Assembly: GCA_964595645.1 (NCBI GenBank) | Contig: CAZQQT010000009.1 | Location: forward strand, 1-64,000 | From: an uncultured Thermococci archaeon | GTDB lineage: Archaea > Methanobacteriota_B > Thermococci > Methanofastidiosales > B48-G16 | Direction: 5' to 3' | Length of the DNA: 64,000 nt | Shown here: in pieces, positions 19,308 to 28,571 of the stretch | Position numbering within the stretch: the first letter of the stretch is position 1 | Layout of the letters: every line of letters begins with the position of its first letter | The notes under the pieces: generated by a model | What the model saw: only the letters and a program-made list of their open reading frames with translations | Told to the model about the DNA's origin: nothing | Databases searched by the model: none | Translations under genes and position numbers: made by a program

Positions 19308-20519
19308 ATGTACGACGAGTTCCTCGACACACTGTATGAATACTCAAAGTTCGCCAAACTTGGGCTCACAAATATCAGGAATCTCACAGAAGTTCTCGGC
19401 AACCCTCAAAACAACTTTAAATCTATCCATATTGCCGGGACCAACGGAAAAGGATCCACAGCTGCAATGATTGCACAGATACTTATGGAGGATGGCTACA
19501 CCACAGGCCTCTTCACCTCGCCTCATCTCGTGGATTTTAGGGAAAGAATTCAGGTAAACAGGGAGTGGATACCAGAGGAGGATCTTTTACGTATAGGAAA
19601 TGAGATTATTGATACTGTCGAGTCCGGGAACCCGGCAACATTTTTCGAGATCACCTCGACGATCATGTTCACCTACTTCGCGGAAAACGACGTGGACTAC
19701 GCAGTGATCGAGGTAGGGTTAGGTGGACGACTCGATGCCACCAACATTATCTGCCCCGAGCTCTCCGTTATCACCCACGTGTCCATGGACCACACCTCCG
19801 TTCTCGGTGACACGCGCGAGGAAATCGCGTACGAAAAGGCGGGAATTATCAAGCAAGCTCCAACGGTAATCTCTGATTACGATCTCTACGATTTTTTCTC
19901 GAAAATCTGTAAAAAACGAGGATCGACGCTGTACTCTCTCGGAAAGGACCTGAACTATCAAAAAAAGAGAGACACGTTTGACGTCCATGGGATCGTGGAT
20001 CTGCAAAATTTAGAGATTCCGCTTCACGGCGAGCATCAACTAATAAACGCCACTACCGCAATCCTCACCTCCCATGTGCTCGGGATCTCTCAAAACAGTA
20101 TCAGGAACGGGTTAAAAAACACGAAATGGGGAGGAAGATTTGAGATCATCAACGAGGATCCACTCATCATTTTGGATGGTGGACACAACCCCGATGGTAT
20201 ACAAAACACCGTCAAGACAATGAAAACGTTCGACTATAACGCCCTCTATATCGTGTTCGGTGTGTTGGAGGATAAAGAATTTGAGGAGATGATCGGAAGC
20301 CTCAAAAGTCTTGAAGGTGAGTTCATCTTCACAACACCGGAGAGTAAAAGAGCATCGGATCCAAAAAATTTACTCATGTACACAGAAGGTACTGTAATAG
20401 ACGATCCAAACGATGCCTTTGAGATGGCAAAAAAGAAAGCAAAAAAAGGAGATGCGATACTTGTGACAGGATCGCTGTACCTCGTTGGCAATATCAAGCG
20501 GGCTATTCAATATAAATAG
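19308..20519 (+). CDS. folC: Folylpolyglutamate/dihydrofolate synthase
   Basis: GTNGKGS, TSPHL, EVGLGGRLDATN, EKAGIIK, DGGHN, TGSLYLVG. Confidence 0.95.
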   Translation: MYDEFLDTLYEYSKFAKLGLTNIRNLTEVLGNPQNNFKSIHIAGTNGKGSTAAMIAQILMEDGYTTGLFTSPHLVDFRERIQVNREWIPEEDLLRIGNEIIDTVESGNPATFFEITSTIMFTYFAENDVDYAVIEVGLGGRLDATNIICPELSVITHVSMDHTSVLGDTREEIAYEKAGIIKQAPTVISDYDLYDFFSKICKKRGSTLYSLGKDLNYQKKRDTFDVHGIVDLQNLEIPLHGEHQLINATTAILTSHVLGISQNSIRNGLKNTKWGGRFEIINEDPLIILDGGHNPDGIQNTVKTMKTFDYNALYIVFGVLEDKEFEEMIGSLKSLEGEFIFTTPESKRASDPKNLLMYTEGTVIDDPNDAFEMAKKKAKKGDAILVTGSLYLVGNIKRAIQYK

Positions 20520-23310
20520 CCGGTTTGGCAGGGATTGCAGATTTCTTTTTATTCTCAGGATCGTAATTGCCGTTGACCGTAACCTTCATCCCTACTTCTT
20601 CTTCGATGAAATCCTTTGATTCCCTGAGAATATCTGCCTCATCCATTCGCTCCACAAACAGCCTATCTTTTACAAGACTCTTTATGAGGTTGCTCACTGC
20701 CTTTCCTCGTTTTCTCATCTTCTCGTTTTTCATTACCTCTTTGATACTCTCGTTGAAGTTCTTCTTTTCCTTCACAATTTCAGCAACATCCCACATCCAT
20801 TCGGGGGCAGTGTAGAGATAGACATGTTCTCCCTCCATTTTTGTCACCTTGAGGATCTCCCGGATGTCGTCGATCACGTCTTTCACGTACTCCTCCGTTC
20901 TGAGCACCTTTTTATCGATCGTATCCTCGTCATACTCCGGCCAGGAAGCGACAGAGACAAATCCCTCATTACCGAGCCCCTCCCATATCTCCTCGCAGAA
21001 ATGTGGCGCGAAAGGCGCGAGAAGTTTTGTCTGCACCTCGATGAGCCACGAGATGGTATCTTTATGAGGTTCCTCACATCGGCGTAGGTACCATTTCAGA
21101 TGCCGCTGGAGATCAAAGAATCCCTTCTGGATAGCGGTCCTAAACAGGAGCTGGTCCATTGCACCCTCAACATCCTTCAGGATAGTGTGTGTCACAGCCG
21201 CGATCCACTGATCGATGCGTTTTTTCGTCTCTCTCCCCGTTCCGTAATGTGCAGTCGCAAACTCATGCCATGAACGCAGGCGCTCCTTTACCGTGTCGAG
21301 GAACTGTGTTTCAATATTCGCGTCATCCACTCCTTCGCCCGCAAAGGCGAGCATCATTCTCGTGGGATCGGCACCGTGCTCTTCAATTGCATCCCGCAAC
21401 AGTATTACGTTCCCTTTGGATGTCGACATCTTCTCACCGTCGATCATCACCCATCCGTTCACCGCAAATCCTTCGGGCCAGTATTCTTCCGGGAACAGTG
21501 CGGTATGGTTGAAGAGACAGAAGGTGAGATGGTTCTGCACGAGATCCTTGCCAGAGCTCCGAAGATCAAACGGATACCAGTAGGTAAACTCCTCCCTCAT
21601 TTTTTCTAGTGTTTCCTGTGAAACGCCGTAATCCTTCGACGGTTCCTCCCCAAGGAAGATGTGGTCAAAAAACGCGTCATCGATATCCTCAGCATCAATA
21701 ATGCCCTCATTGAAATACTTGGAGAGCGTGTAAAAGGCCATATAAATCGTCGAGTCGGAGAGACTCTCGATGATCCATTTCTCATCCCACGGGAGTGTCG
21801 TGCCGAGACCAAATTCCCGTGTGCATGCCCAGTCGTTCAGCCAGTCTATCACGTAGTGGAACTGTTTCCTCACCGGCTCGGGAATCAACGTCATGGTATC
21901 CACTGCATTGTGGGTTTTCTCTTTCCACTCCGGATCGTTGTATCTGATAAACCACTGATCCTCCACCATTTTTATAATACACGTGGTGAGACACCGACAG
22001 ATCACTTCCCCCGAAGGTTCGTACATGATATCTGCCTTTCCTTCATCGATGAGCTCCTCTTTTATCTTTTCTTTGGCCTCCATCACCGATATTCCTTCAT
22101 ACTCTCCACAGTTCTTATTCATTGTCCCTGTGTAGAATCCTGAGGAGTATACCTCCTTTTTTGCCTTTTTCAGGAGTTTTCTATCGTGCTGAGACTCTAT
22201 TCCAAGCTTTTTCGATATTTCTACAGCGGGGAGGTCTCCAAATCCCTTGGTTTTGATGATGGGTATCGGTTCTATCTTTTTGACCTCCTCCCAGTCGAGA
22301 TCGTACTTTTCACAGAGTTCTTTCTCTTTCTGGAGATCGTACAACCCCATCCAGTCATCCGGTGCGTCAGACGGAACACTGGTCACGATTCCCGTACCTC
22401 TCTCAGGATCACAAAATGTTGAGGGAAGAATCATGATCTCTCGGTCGATTCCGGGTGCCTTGGCGTACTTTCCAAGGAGTTCCTCCCCCCTTACCGTCTC
22501 AATAATTTCAACGTCTTTTTCCTGTTCTTTGAGTTTTTCCGCACAGGGCTTACTCATTATCCAGATCTCGTCATTTACCTTCGCTCTCGCGTATGAGAGT
22601 TCTGGATCCACCCAGAGATTCGTCTGTCCGAAGACCGTCTCGGGTCGAAGTGTGGCAGCAACAATGTACTCATCGCCGAACTCAAATTTCAGCAGCGTAA
22701 ACTCCTGCGGTGTCTCTCCTTCGCCTTCAAGCCGTGCGTGATCTCCCACAGGATTTTTACATTTGGGGCACCACACCACAGGATGCGTCCCTATTGCTAC
22801 AAGCCCCTTTTCCTTTAACTTCCTGAACTGCCATTTGATGAACTTATCATAATACGGATTTAATGAAGTGGTGATAAAGGATCTGCGCCAATCTATCCCA
22901 AATCCTGCGGACTTTAAATGTTCTATCATTTTCTCTGAGAAATGTTCTGTCCAGTACACGGGATCCTCGAACTTCGGAATCTCCTCCTCCGGGACACCTG
23001 TTTTCTTCAAGTTTTCTATCTGCGTTTCTTCTCCTTCCTCAATTCTCTCGGCCGCGGCAACTATCGGCGTCCCCGTACAGTGGAACGCGAAGGGATATAC
23101 TGCGTTGAATCCCTTCATTCGTTTGTATCGTGTGATGATATCGCCTTTTAAAAAGGTGTACGCCCTGCCAAGATGCATGTACCCATTCATATACGGGTAC
23201 GGAAGATTCACAAAAAATTTCTTTCGTTCGTCGGGATCCGCTTCAAAAATGTTTGCATCGTCCCATCGCTTCTGCCATTTCGTGTCTATCGATCTAAACA
23301 TTGCCATCAC
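20503..23310 (-). CDS. leuS: Leucyl-tRNA synthetase, archaeal type
   Basis: PYPYMNGYMHLGR, ATLRPET, ESLSDSTIY, GKDL, KMSTS. Confidence 0.95.
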   Translation of the reverse strand: MMAMFRSIDTKWQKRWDDANIFEADPDERKKFFVNLPYPYMNGYMHLGRAYTFLKGDIITRYKRMKGFNAVYPFAFHCTGTPIVAAAERIEEGEETQIENLKKTGVPEEEIPKFEDPVYWTEHFSEKMIEHLKSAGFGIDWRRSFITTSLNPYYDKFIKWQFRKLKEKGLVAIGTHPVVWCPKCKNPVGDHARLEGEGETPQEFTLLKFEFGDEYIVAATLRPETVFGQTNLWVDPELSYARAKVNDEIWIMSKPCAEKLKEQEKDVEIIETVRGEELLGKYAKAPGIDREIMILPSTFCDPERGTGIVTSVPSDAPDDWMGLYDLQKEKELCEKYDLDWEEVKKIEPIPIIKTKGFGDLPAVEISKKLGIESQHDRKLLKKAKKEVYSSGFYTGTMNKNCGEYEGISVMEAKEKIKEELIDEGKADIMYEPSGEVICRCLTTCIIKMVEDQWFIRYNDPEWKEKTHNAVDTMTLIPEPVRKQFHYVIDWLNDWACTREFGLGTTLPWDEKWIIESLSDSTIYMAFYTLSKYFNEGIIDAEDIDDAFFDHIFLGEEPSKDYGVSQETLEKMREEFTYWYPFDLRSSGKDLVQNHLTFCLFNHTALFPEEYWPEGFAVNGWVMIDGEKMSTSKGNVILLRDAIEEHGADPTRMMLAFAGEGVDDANIETQFLDTVKERLRSWHEFATAHYGTGRETKKRIDQWIAAVTHTILKDVEGAMDQLLFRTAIQKGFFDLQRHLKWYLRRCEEPHKDTISWLIEVQTKLLAPFAPHFCEEIWEGLGNEGFVSVASWPEYDEDTIDKKVLRTEEYVKDVIDDIREILKVTKMEGEHVYLYTAPEWMWDVAEIVKEKKNFNESIKEVMKNEKMRKRGKAVSNLIKSLVKDRLFVERMDEADILRESKDFIEEEVGMKVTVNGNYDPENKKKSAIPAKPAIYIE

Positions 23311-23426
23311 TCTCGCAACTATCCAAACCTACCGAAGAAAAGACTACACGTTCATGCACATAAAAAGCAATCACGTATCCGGTACATACAAGAAGAGAAT
23401 GGTGCAGCCATTTATAAATCTATCGG

Positions 23427-24209
23427 TTACAGCAGCTCGATGAGCGTCAAGGCGTTATCAAACATCTCATAGTTGTTGAACATACAGTACACGCAGGTAT
23501 GTGTCTCTCGAAGATTCTGGAGTTTCTTCGCAAGGTTCGCTAACTCCTTCCGCGAGTAATCGTAGTTGTAGTTGTACTCCTGTGGGTTGAGCCCGTGGAG
23601 TCGGACATACGCAATTGGATGGTCCGAGACCGGATCCCGCCGCATCACGTCGACAACATGGATAAGGTTGAGATCATCGCAGATCTCCTTCACCCGATCC
23701 GACTGATCCTTCCACTCCCCTCTGGGCTCCCAGGCCAGCTCCAATTTCCCCCGATCGATTGTGCTCAGCAGCTCCCGCATATCTCTTTCGTGCTCATCCG
23801 TAGGACCAAAGCTCCCAGACATCTGAATCACGCATATTTTCGATTTTAAGGCACTGGCACGCTCTTTCATCGCTTCCCACGCATCGATTACCACCTTATG
23901 AGGCCTTAAATACCCAAAATATTCCTTTTGCTCTTCTGAAAGATTTTTCTTGTTATCACGCCATGTGGGACTGCTGGTCGGGTGTGTGAGTGCCTGCCAC
24001 GCCTTTACAGTGAACTCAAAGGGAGGCAGTACCTCTTGACGCCATCGCTCCATTGTGTCAGTCATCGGAAGCGTGTAGAACGTTTTGTTGATTTCCACCA
24101 GATCAAAGACATCGGAGTACGCCTGGAGCTTACTTTCGTACTTCTCCTCCCAGTCACCAGGAGGGTTGTAGTATCCGTATCCGCAGGTTCCGATCTTCAG
24201 CGATCCCAT
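23427..24209 (-). CDS. DUF72 family protein
   Basis: IGTCG, VEINKTFY, FTVKA, WEPRG, YVRLHG, FNN. Confidence 0.9.
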   Translation of the reverse strand: MGSLKIGTCGYGYYNPPGDWEEKYESKLQAYSDVFDLVEINKTFYTLPMTDTMERWRQEVLPPFEFTVKAWQALTHPTSSPTWRDNKKNLSEEQKEYFGYLRPHKVVIDAWEAMKERASALKSKICVIQMSGSFGPTDEHERDMRELLSTIDRGKLELAWEPRGEWKDQSDRVKEICDDLNLIHVVDVMRRDPVSDHPIAYVRLHGLNPQEYNYNYDYSRKELANLAKKLQNLRETHTCVYCMFNNYEMFDNALTLIELL

Positions 24210-24251
24210 GATAACCACTCTGTGTGGGGATGTCTCTGCCTGTTTTTATAC

Positions 24252-25499
24252 CTACCGTTTGCCCACCCACACTACAGGATATATTACTAACATTCCAATC
24301 CCTATGGTGAAGAGTGCGATACCCACACCAAAGGTATCAGCCAGCGCCCCGAGAATCACCGCAATCACCGCCTCACAGATCGTGGTGACCTGCGACTCGA
24401 CGGAGAGCCCTGAGGCCATGGTCCGGTGCGAGATCTGATCGCTCACATACGAGACGGTCATCGGTCTCCGCACATTGTAGAGTACGTAAAAGAGGAGAAA
24501 CACGATGATTGCGATGCTTTGAACATCGATGTGTGTGCTCACGCCGGCAGTGAGGAGTAACACGCCACCGAGAAGATATGTGATATTCACTGCACTGGCG
24601 AGACTGCGGAATCTCTTCGTCGCCTTGGCCGAACTCTTTGAGGCGTAACTGGTAAGAAGGTATATCGCACAGTACACCACGCCCACCACTACAGCGATTC
24701 GCTCCGTCTCTTCAAGTGCAACAAATAATGGCAGTGAAAGTGCAAATGTTCTCAGCACGGGCTGTAGATACTCTTTCGTTATTTTAAAAAAGGCTTTAAA
24801 TGTAGCAGAGCTTAGTATTGCTCGTAGAGCTCCAAGATTCTTGAAGATATTGAAAAACACGCGCAATGTTGTTTTCAACTGCGTACTCATCTTTTTGTGT
24901 CTAGCGCTCACGATTTCTCCATCGAGCTCTGCAGGATACGTCGCTAGATTTACTAGATCGATACTATAGGGGAGGATAGAGGCGAGAAATATGTACCGGT
25001 AGCTGCCGCTGTAAAACACCAAGGCCGCGGCGATCAGCGAGCTCACTGCAGCGCCCAGCTCCGAGGCTGCTCGGGTACTCCCGTAGTACTCCACCTTTTT
25101 ATCCGTCATCTTATTCAGCCGCAGGTACTCGAGGATCATGGCCTTATGGGTTCCCGACCTGAAGGCTTCTCCTAGACCAAAGAGTGTCATGGCGCCCATG
25201 AAGAAATAGTACTGTGGAAGCGCGAAAAAAATCGTGAAGGAACAGATGTACGAGAGAAACGACATTACCATCGACCGTCTTCTTCCGAAGGCATCGGCGT
25301 AAATGCCTGTGGGAATCTCAAAGAGATTCGTGGCGATACTTCTCACCGCCAAAAGTATACCAATCTGTAAAAACGAGAGCCCGACCTCTCTAAAGAAAAG
25401 GATCATGAACGGATCGAAAAATCTGAGGTTCTTTAAAAAGCCGTACAGTGCAAATCGATAGAACATTCTCGTTTTTTTCATAGTATCATTCTCTACCAC
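24252..25499 (-). CDS. MFS transporter
   Basis: EIPTGIYADAFGRR, FRSGT; about 12 TM segments. Confidence 0.9.
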   Translation of the reverse strand: MVENDTMKKTRMFYRFALYGFLKNLRFFDPFMILFFREVGLSFLQIGILLAVRSIATNLFEIPTGIYADAFGRRRSMVMSFLSYICSFTIFFALPQYYFFMGAMTLFGLGEAFRSGTHKAMILEYLRLNKMTDKKVEYYGSTRAASELGAAVSSLIAAALVFYSGSYRYIFLASILPYSIDLVNLATYPAELDGEIVSARHKKMSTQLKTTLRVFFNIFKNLGALRAILSSATFKAFFKITKEYLQPVLRTFALSLPLFVALEETERIAVVVGVVYCAIYLLTSYASKSSAKATKRFRSLASAVNITYLLGGVLLLTAGVSTHIDVQSIAIIVFLLFYVLYNVRRPMTVSYVSDQISHRTMASGLSVESQVTTICEAVIAVILGALADTFGVGIALFTIGIGMLVIYPVVWVGKR

Positions 25500-26191
25500 T
25501 CTTTAGACGGCATTTCTTCCACCACGCCCTCCTCCCACACAAAGGCAGTCACAAGCTCGTGAGGAACGAACTCGAAGATGTTTTCATAGTCCGGCTTCTT
25601 CGTCGTATATTTATACGACGGTGCTACCACATAAAAAGGTATATTGAAATACTGTGCTGTAAGCGCTAACGGAAGCGTTCCCGTCTTGTTGAGAAATCCT
25701 GTTGAAAAGAGAGAATCAGCACCCACAGCAACGACGTCCGACCTTTTTACGGCATAGCACATAAAGGCATCATGATACACATCCACCTCCTTTCCATGAT
25801 CTTTCAGCCACCGTGCAGTGTCTCTCCCTTCTTTTTCCGGACACGACTCAAGTACATTGATCTTCTTGGCTGTGGTGAGACCTCGCTCTACGATATGGCT
25901 TCTACTTATTACTGTTACTACGTTACCTTCCACGAGTCTCTCAAGATTCTCTGAGGTGCGAGTATTCATTGTGTGGAATTTCTCGATTATTCTATCAATA
26001 GTAAGATCTGATTCAAGAAAGTTCATAATAGTCGTAAGTCCAGACATAGATGGATGCGCCTTCACTATCTCCCTACAAAGGTCGAATCGGTCTTCCTTTC
26101 TCGCGTTTTTCAGTAAATCTAATGTTTTTTTAATAATCTTTGAGGAGCCACTTCGGTCATCCTCGATAATGGCTTTAATATTTGCTTCCAT
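25493..26191 (-). CDS. eIF2B alpha/beta/delta-like protein
   Basis: SGSS, HPSM, ESCPEKEG, VGADS, NKTGT. Confidence 0.85.
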   Translation of the reverse strand: MEANIKAIIEDDRSGSSKIIKKTLDLLKNARKEDRFDLCREIVKAHPSMSGLTTIMNFLESDLTIDRIIEKFHTMNTRTSENLERLVEGNVVTVISRSHIVERGLTTAKKINVLESCPEKEGRDTARWLKDHGKEVDVYHDAFMCYAVKRSDVVAVGADSLFSTGFLNKTGTLPLALTAQYFNIPFYVVAPSYKYTTKKPDYENIFEFVPHELVTAFVWEEGVVEEMPSKEW

Positions 26192-26193
26192 AC

Positions 26194-27705
26194 TTATACA
26201 TTTCCTCGCGATTTTATTATCGTTTTTTCCTCACTGCGCTCTCCTTGTCCTTCCTTTTTCTTTCTAAACAGTTGCCACTTTTTTATCCAGATCCCTGGAT
26301 TCAGAACAACGAGTACGGGAAGTATCTCCAGCCGTCCGATCCACATATTGAGTGTGAGGATGAGCTTGGACCATACAGAGAGCACTGGAGACGTCACTCC
26401 TACAGACATTCCCACTGTGCCCTCAGCAGATGCTATCTCAAACAGTGTATCGGTGAACCCCGTCCCTTCGATCCACATCACAGATAACGTGGAGACTATC
26501 AATATGATCAAATAGGTAAGAAAAAAGGCGGCGATCAGTTCTGCCTCTTTTTTTGTGATCTTCATCCCCCCCAATCCAATAGGAATCTCTGCTCCTTTCG
26601 GTAGAATCGGTCCAAAGAATAATACTCGCACAAACCCCAGCAGTATCAGTAAGCGGAAGATCTTGATTCCGCCTGCTGTTGAGCCTGTACTGCCGCCGAT
26701 GATCATGAAAAGTGTAGTGATGACTTTACTCACTTCAGAGAGCGGTGTAGTCGGCACGATGTTGTACCCTGTAGTTGTGATGGCGGTGGCAGTTTGAAAT
26801 ACTCCATGGACCACCGAATTAAGCGAAGAGCCGAACTCTACCACAAACAAAGCTGAACCAAGTACGAGAAGAAGAAGTAATGTCCGTAGCTGGTTATCCT
26901 TCAAAAACTCACGTACTCCATCCTTCGCGAGAACATAGTACAACGGAAAGCTGATAGCACCGAGCACCATGAATACTGTGACTGTGAGTGAGATGAAAGC
27001 ACTGTTGTAATGACCGATGCTGTCGGCATAGAGAGAGAATCCACCGGTGGGAATCGTTGTAAGAATGTGGATAAGTCCATCAAAGGGGCCCATTCCCGCT
27101 AGAAGGAATGCTACAAATCCCACAACAGTGAGAATGAGATAGACCCGGATCACCACCTTGGCCGTAGCGACAACACTTCCCACGATGTTCTTTTCCCCGA
27201 ACTCAGAAGCATACAGTTTGAACGCCGCCGTGCCGGATCGGAGAAGAACAGCTAAGGAAAGAATGATAATCCCCATTCCGCCCAGCCACTGGGAGTATGC
27301 ACGGAAAAAGTGAAGGGTGATTGGAAGAGTAGTTACATCCATTAAAGTGAGTCCAGTGGTAGTAAACCCGGACATTGCCTCAAAAAAGCTATCAATAAAC
27401 GATGCTACCGGAAGAAAGGGGATGGCTCCTATTATACCGAACAACAAATACGCCAGTGCGGTGACCGCAAGTGCATCGATGATTTCAAGCTGTGTGGTCT
27501 GATTCCACAGCTTTCTCACAGCAAACCCTATTCCTGCTGTACCCAGCGAAAGGGAACCGAATATTACTGAATACGTATACTCTCCAGCGAGAAGAGAAAC
27601 GATAAACGGCATGATAAGTGTCACGCCAAAGAGTTCCAATGCTCCCGCAAGGTAGAATAAAATCACGCGAATGTTGATCGGCTTGATGTGTTTACTCAGC
27701 TTCAT
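26194..27705 (-). CDS. trkH: Trk potassium uptake membrane subunit
   Basis: SGFTTTG, QWLGGMG, TGGF, TTTGY, GSTAGGIK, GRLE. Confidence 0.95.
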   Translation of the reverse strand: MKLSKHIKPINIRVILFYLAGALELFGVTLIMPFIVSLLAGEYTYSVIFGSLSLGTAGIGFAVRKLWNQTTQLEIIDALAVTALAYLLFGIIGAIPFLPVASFIDSFFEAMSGFTTTGLTLMDVTTLPITLHFFRAYSQWLGGMGIIILSLAVLLRSGTAAFKLYASEFGEKNIVGSVVATAKVVIRVYLILTVVGFVAFLLAGMGPFDGLIHILTTIPTGGFSLYADSIGHYNSAFISLTVTVFMVLGAISFPLYYVLAKDGVREFLKDNQLRTLLLLLVLGSALFVVEFGSSLNSVVHGVFQTATAITTTGYNIVPTTPLSEVSKVITTLFMIIGGSTGSTAGGIKIFRLLILLGFVRVLFFGPILPKGAEIPIGLGGMKITKKEAELIAAFFLTYLIILIVSTLSVMWIEGTGFTDTLFEIASAEGTVGMSVGVTSPVLSVWSKLILTLNMWIGRLEILPVLVVLNPGIWIKKWQLFRKKKEGQGERSEEKTIIKSRGNV

Positions 27706-28384
27706 CTAACTCAATAGGTCTTCCTGTTTTTTTGAGTTCTCCAAACATTTCTTTTATTTTTCCCATTCTCTCCTCGTCCTCGGCGAGGATAAGAAGAATA
27801 TCGCTTTCATCAAGTTTCGTTCGTCCGCGTGGCATGATGGCTACATCCTTCCGCAAAATACTAATGAGGAGCGTTCCCCCCGGAAATTCAATTTCCCCTA
27901 TTTGCCTTCCAGTCATCTCCCCTGGCGTGATCTCAATCAAGCGCATGCCCCCCTTTATTGGAAGGGAGAGATCCAAGACATTCTCTCCACGGAGTAAATG
28001 GAGTATCTCCGTCGCGGCAGAAATCGTTGGTGAGATAACATGATCGATGCCGATCTCCTGGCAGGTTGTTCTGAGACCAATTTTGTTCAATTTCACGATG
28101 ACCTTTGGAATAGAAAACCGTTTCCCAAGTATTGCAATCACCATATTAAGAGCATCGGATTCCGTTGTCGCAATAAGTGCATCTGCCTCTCTGGCACCGG
28201 CCTCCTCAAGTATCTCTGGTTCAGTCGCATCACCATGGATCACCAAGGCATCGATTTCCTGTGAGAGGGCCTCACATCGCTCTTCATCATCATCGATAAG
28301 GACAAGCTCAAACTCGCCGTGAGAAGAGAGTTCCTCTGCCAATTGACGTCCAGTATCCTCCATTCCCGTCACAATCACTTTCAT
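27692..28384 (-). CDS. trkA: TrkA RCK regulatory subunit
   Basis: HGDAT, ADALIATT, TrkA-C domain; adjacent to trkH. Confidence 0.9.
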   Translation of the reverse strand: MKVIVTGMEDTGRQLAEELSSHGEFELVLIDDDEERCEALSQEIDALVIHGDATEPEILEEAGAREADALIATTESDALNMVIAILGKRFSIPKVIVKLNKIGLRTTCQEIGIDHVISPTISAATEILHLLRGENVLDLSLPIKGGMRLIEITPGEMTGRQIGEIEFPGGTLLISILRKDVAIMPRGRTKLDESDILLILAEDEERMGKIKEMFGELKKTGRPIELDEAE

Positions 28385-28571
28385 AATATCCCAACTCGCT
28401 GTGTTTAGAGGAGTCAATACTCCAGTAAACTCCTAATTTACTCATTATATCTTTACAATATTTAAATATCTATCGTAGTTTTCTCAAATGACTTGTGTAT
28501 GAGAAACTTATTTAAAAGAAAAATAAAATAATCATATAGAATTATAGTCCTAAAATAGCATAATATAGGAG

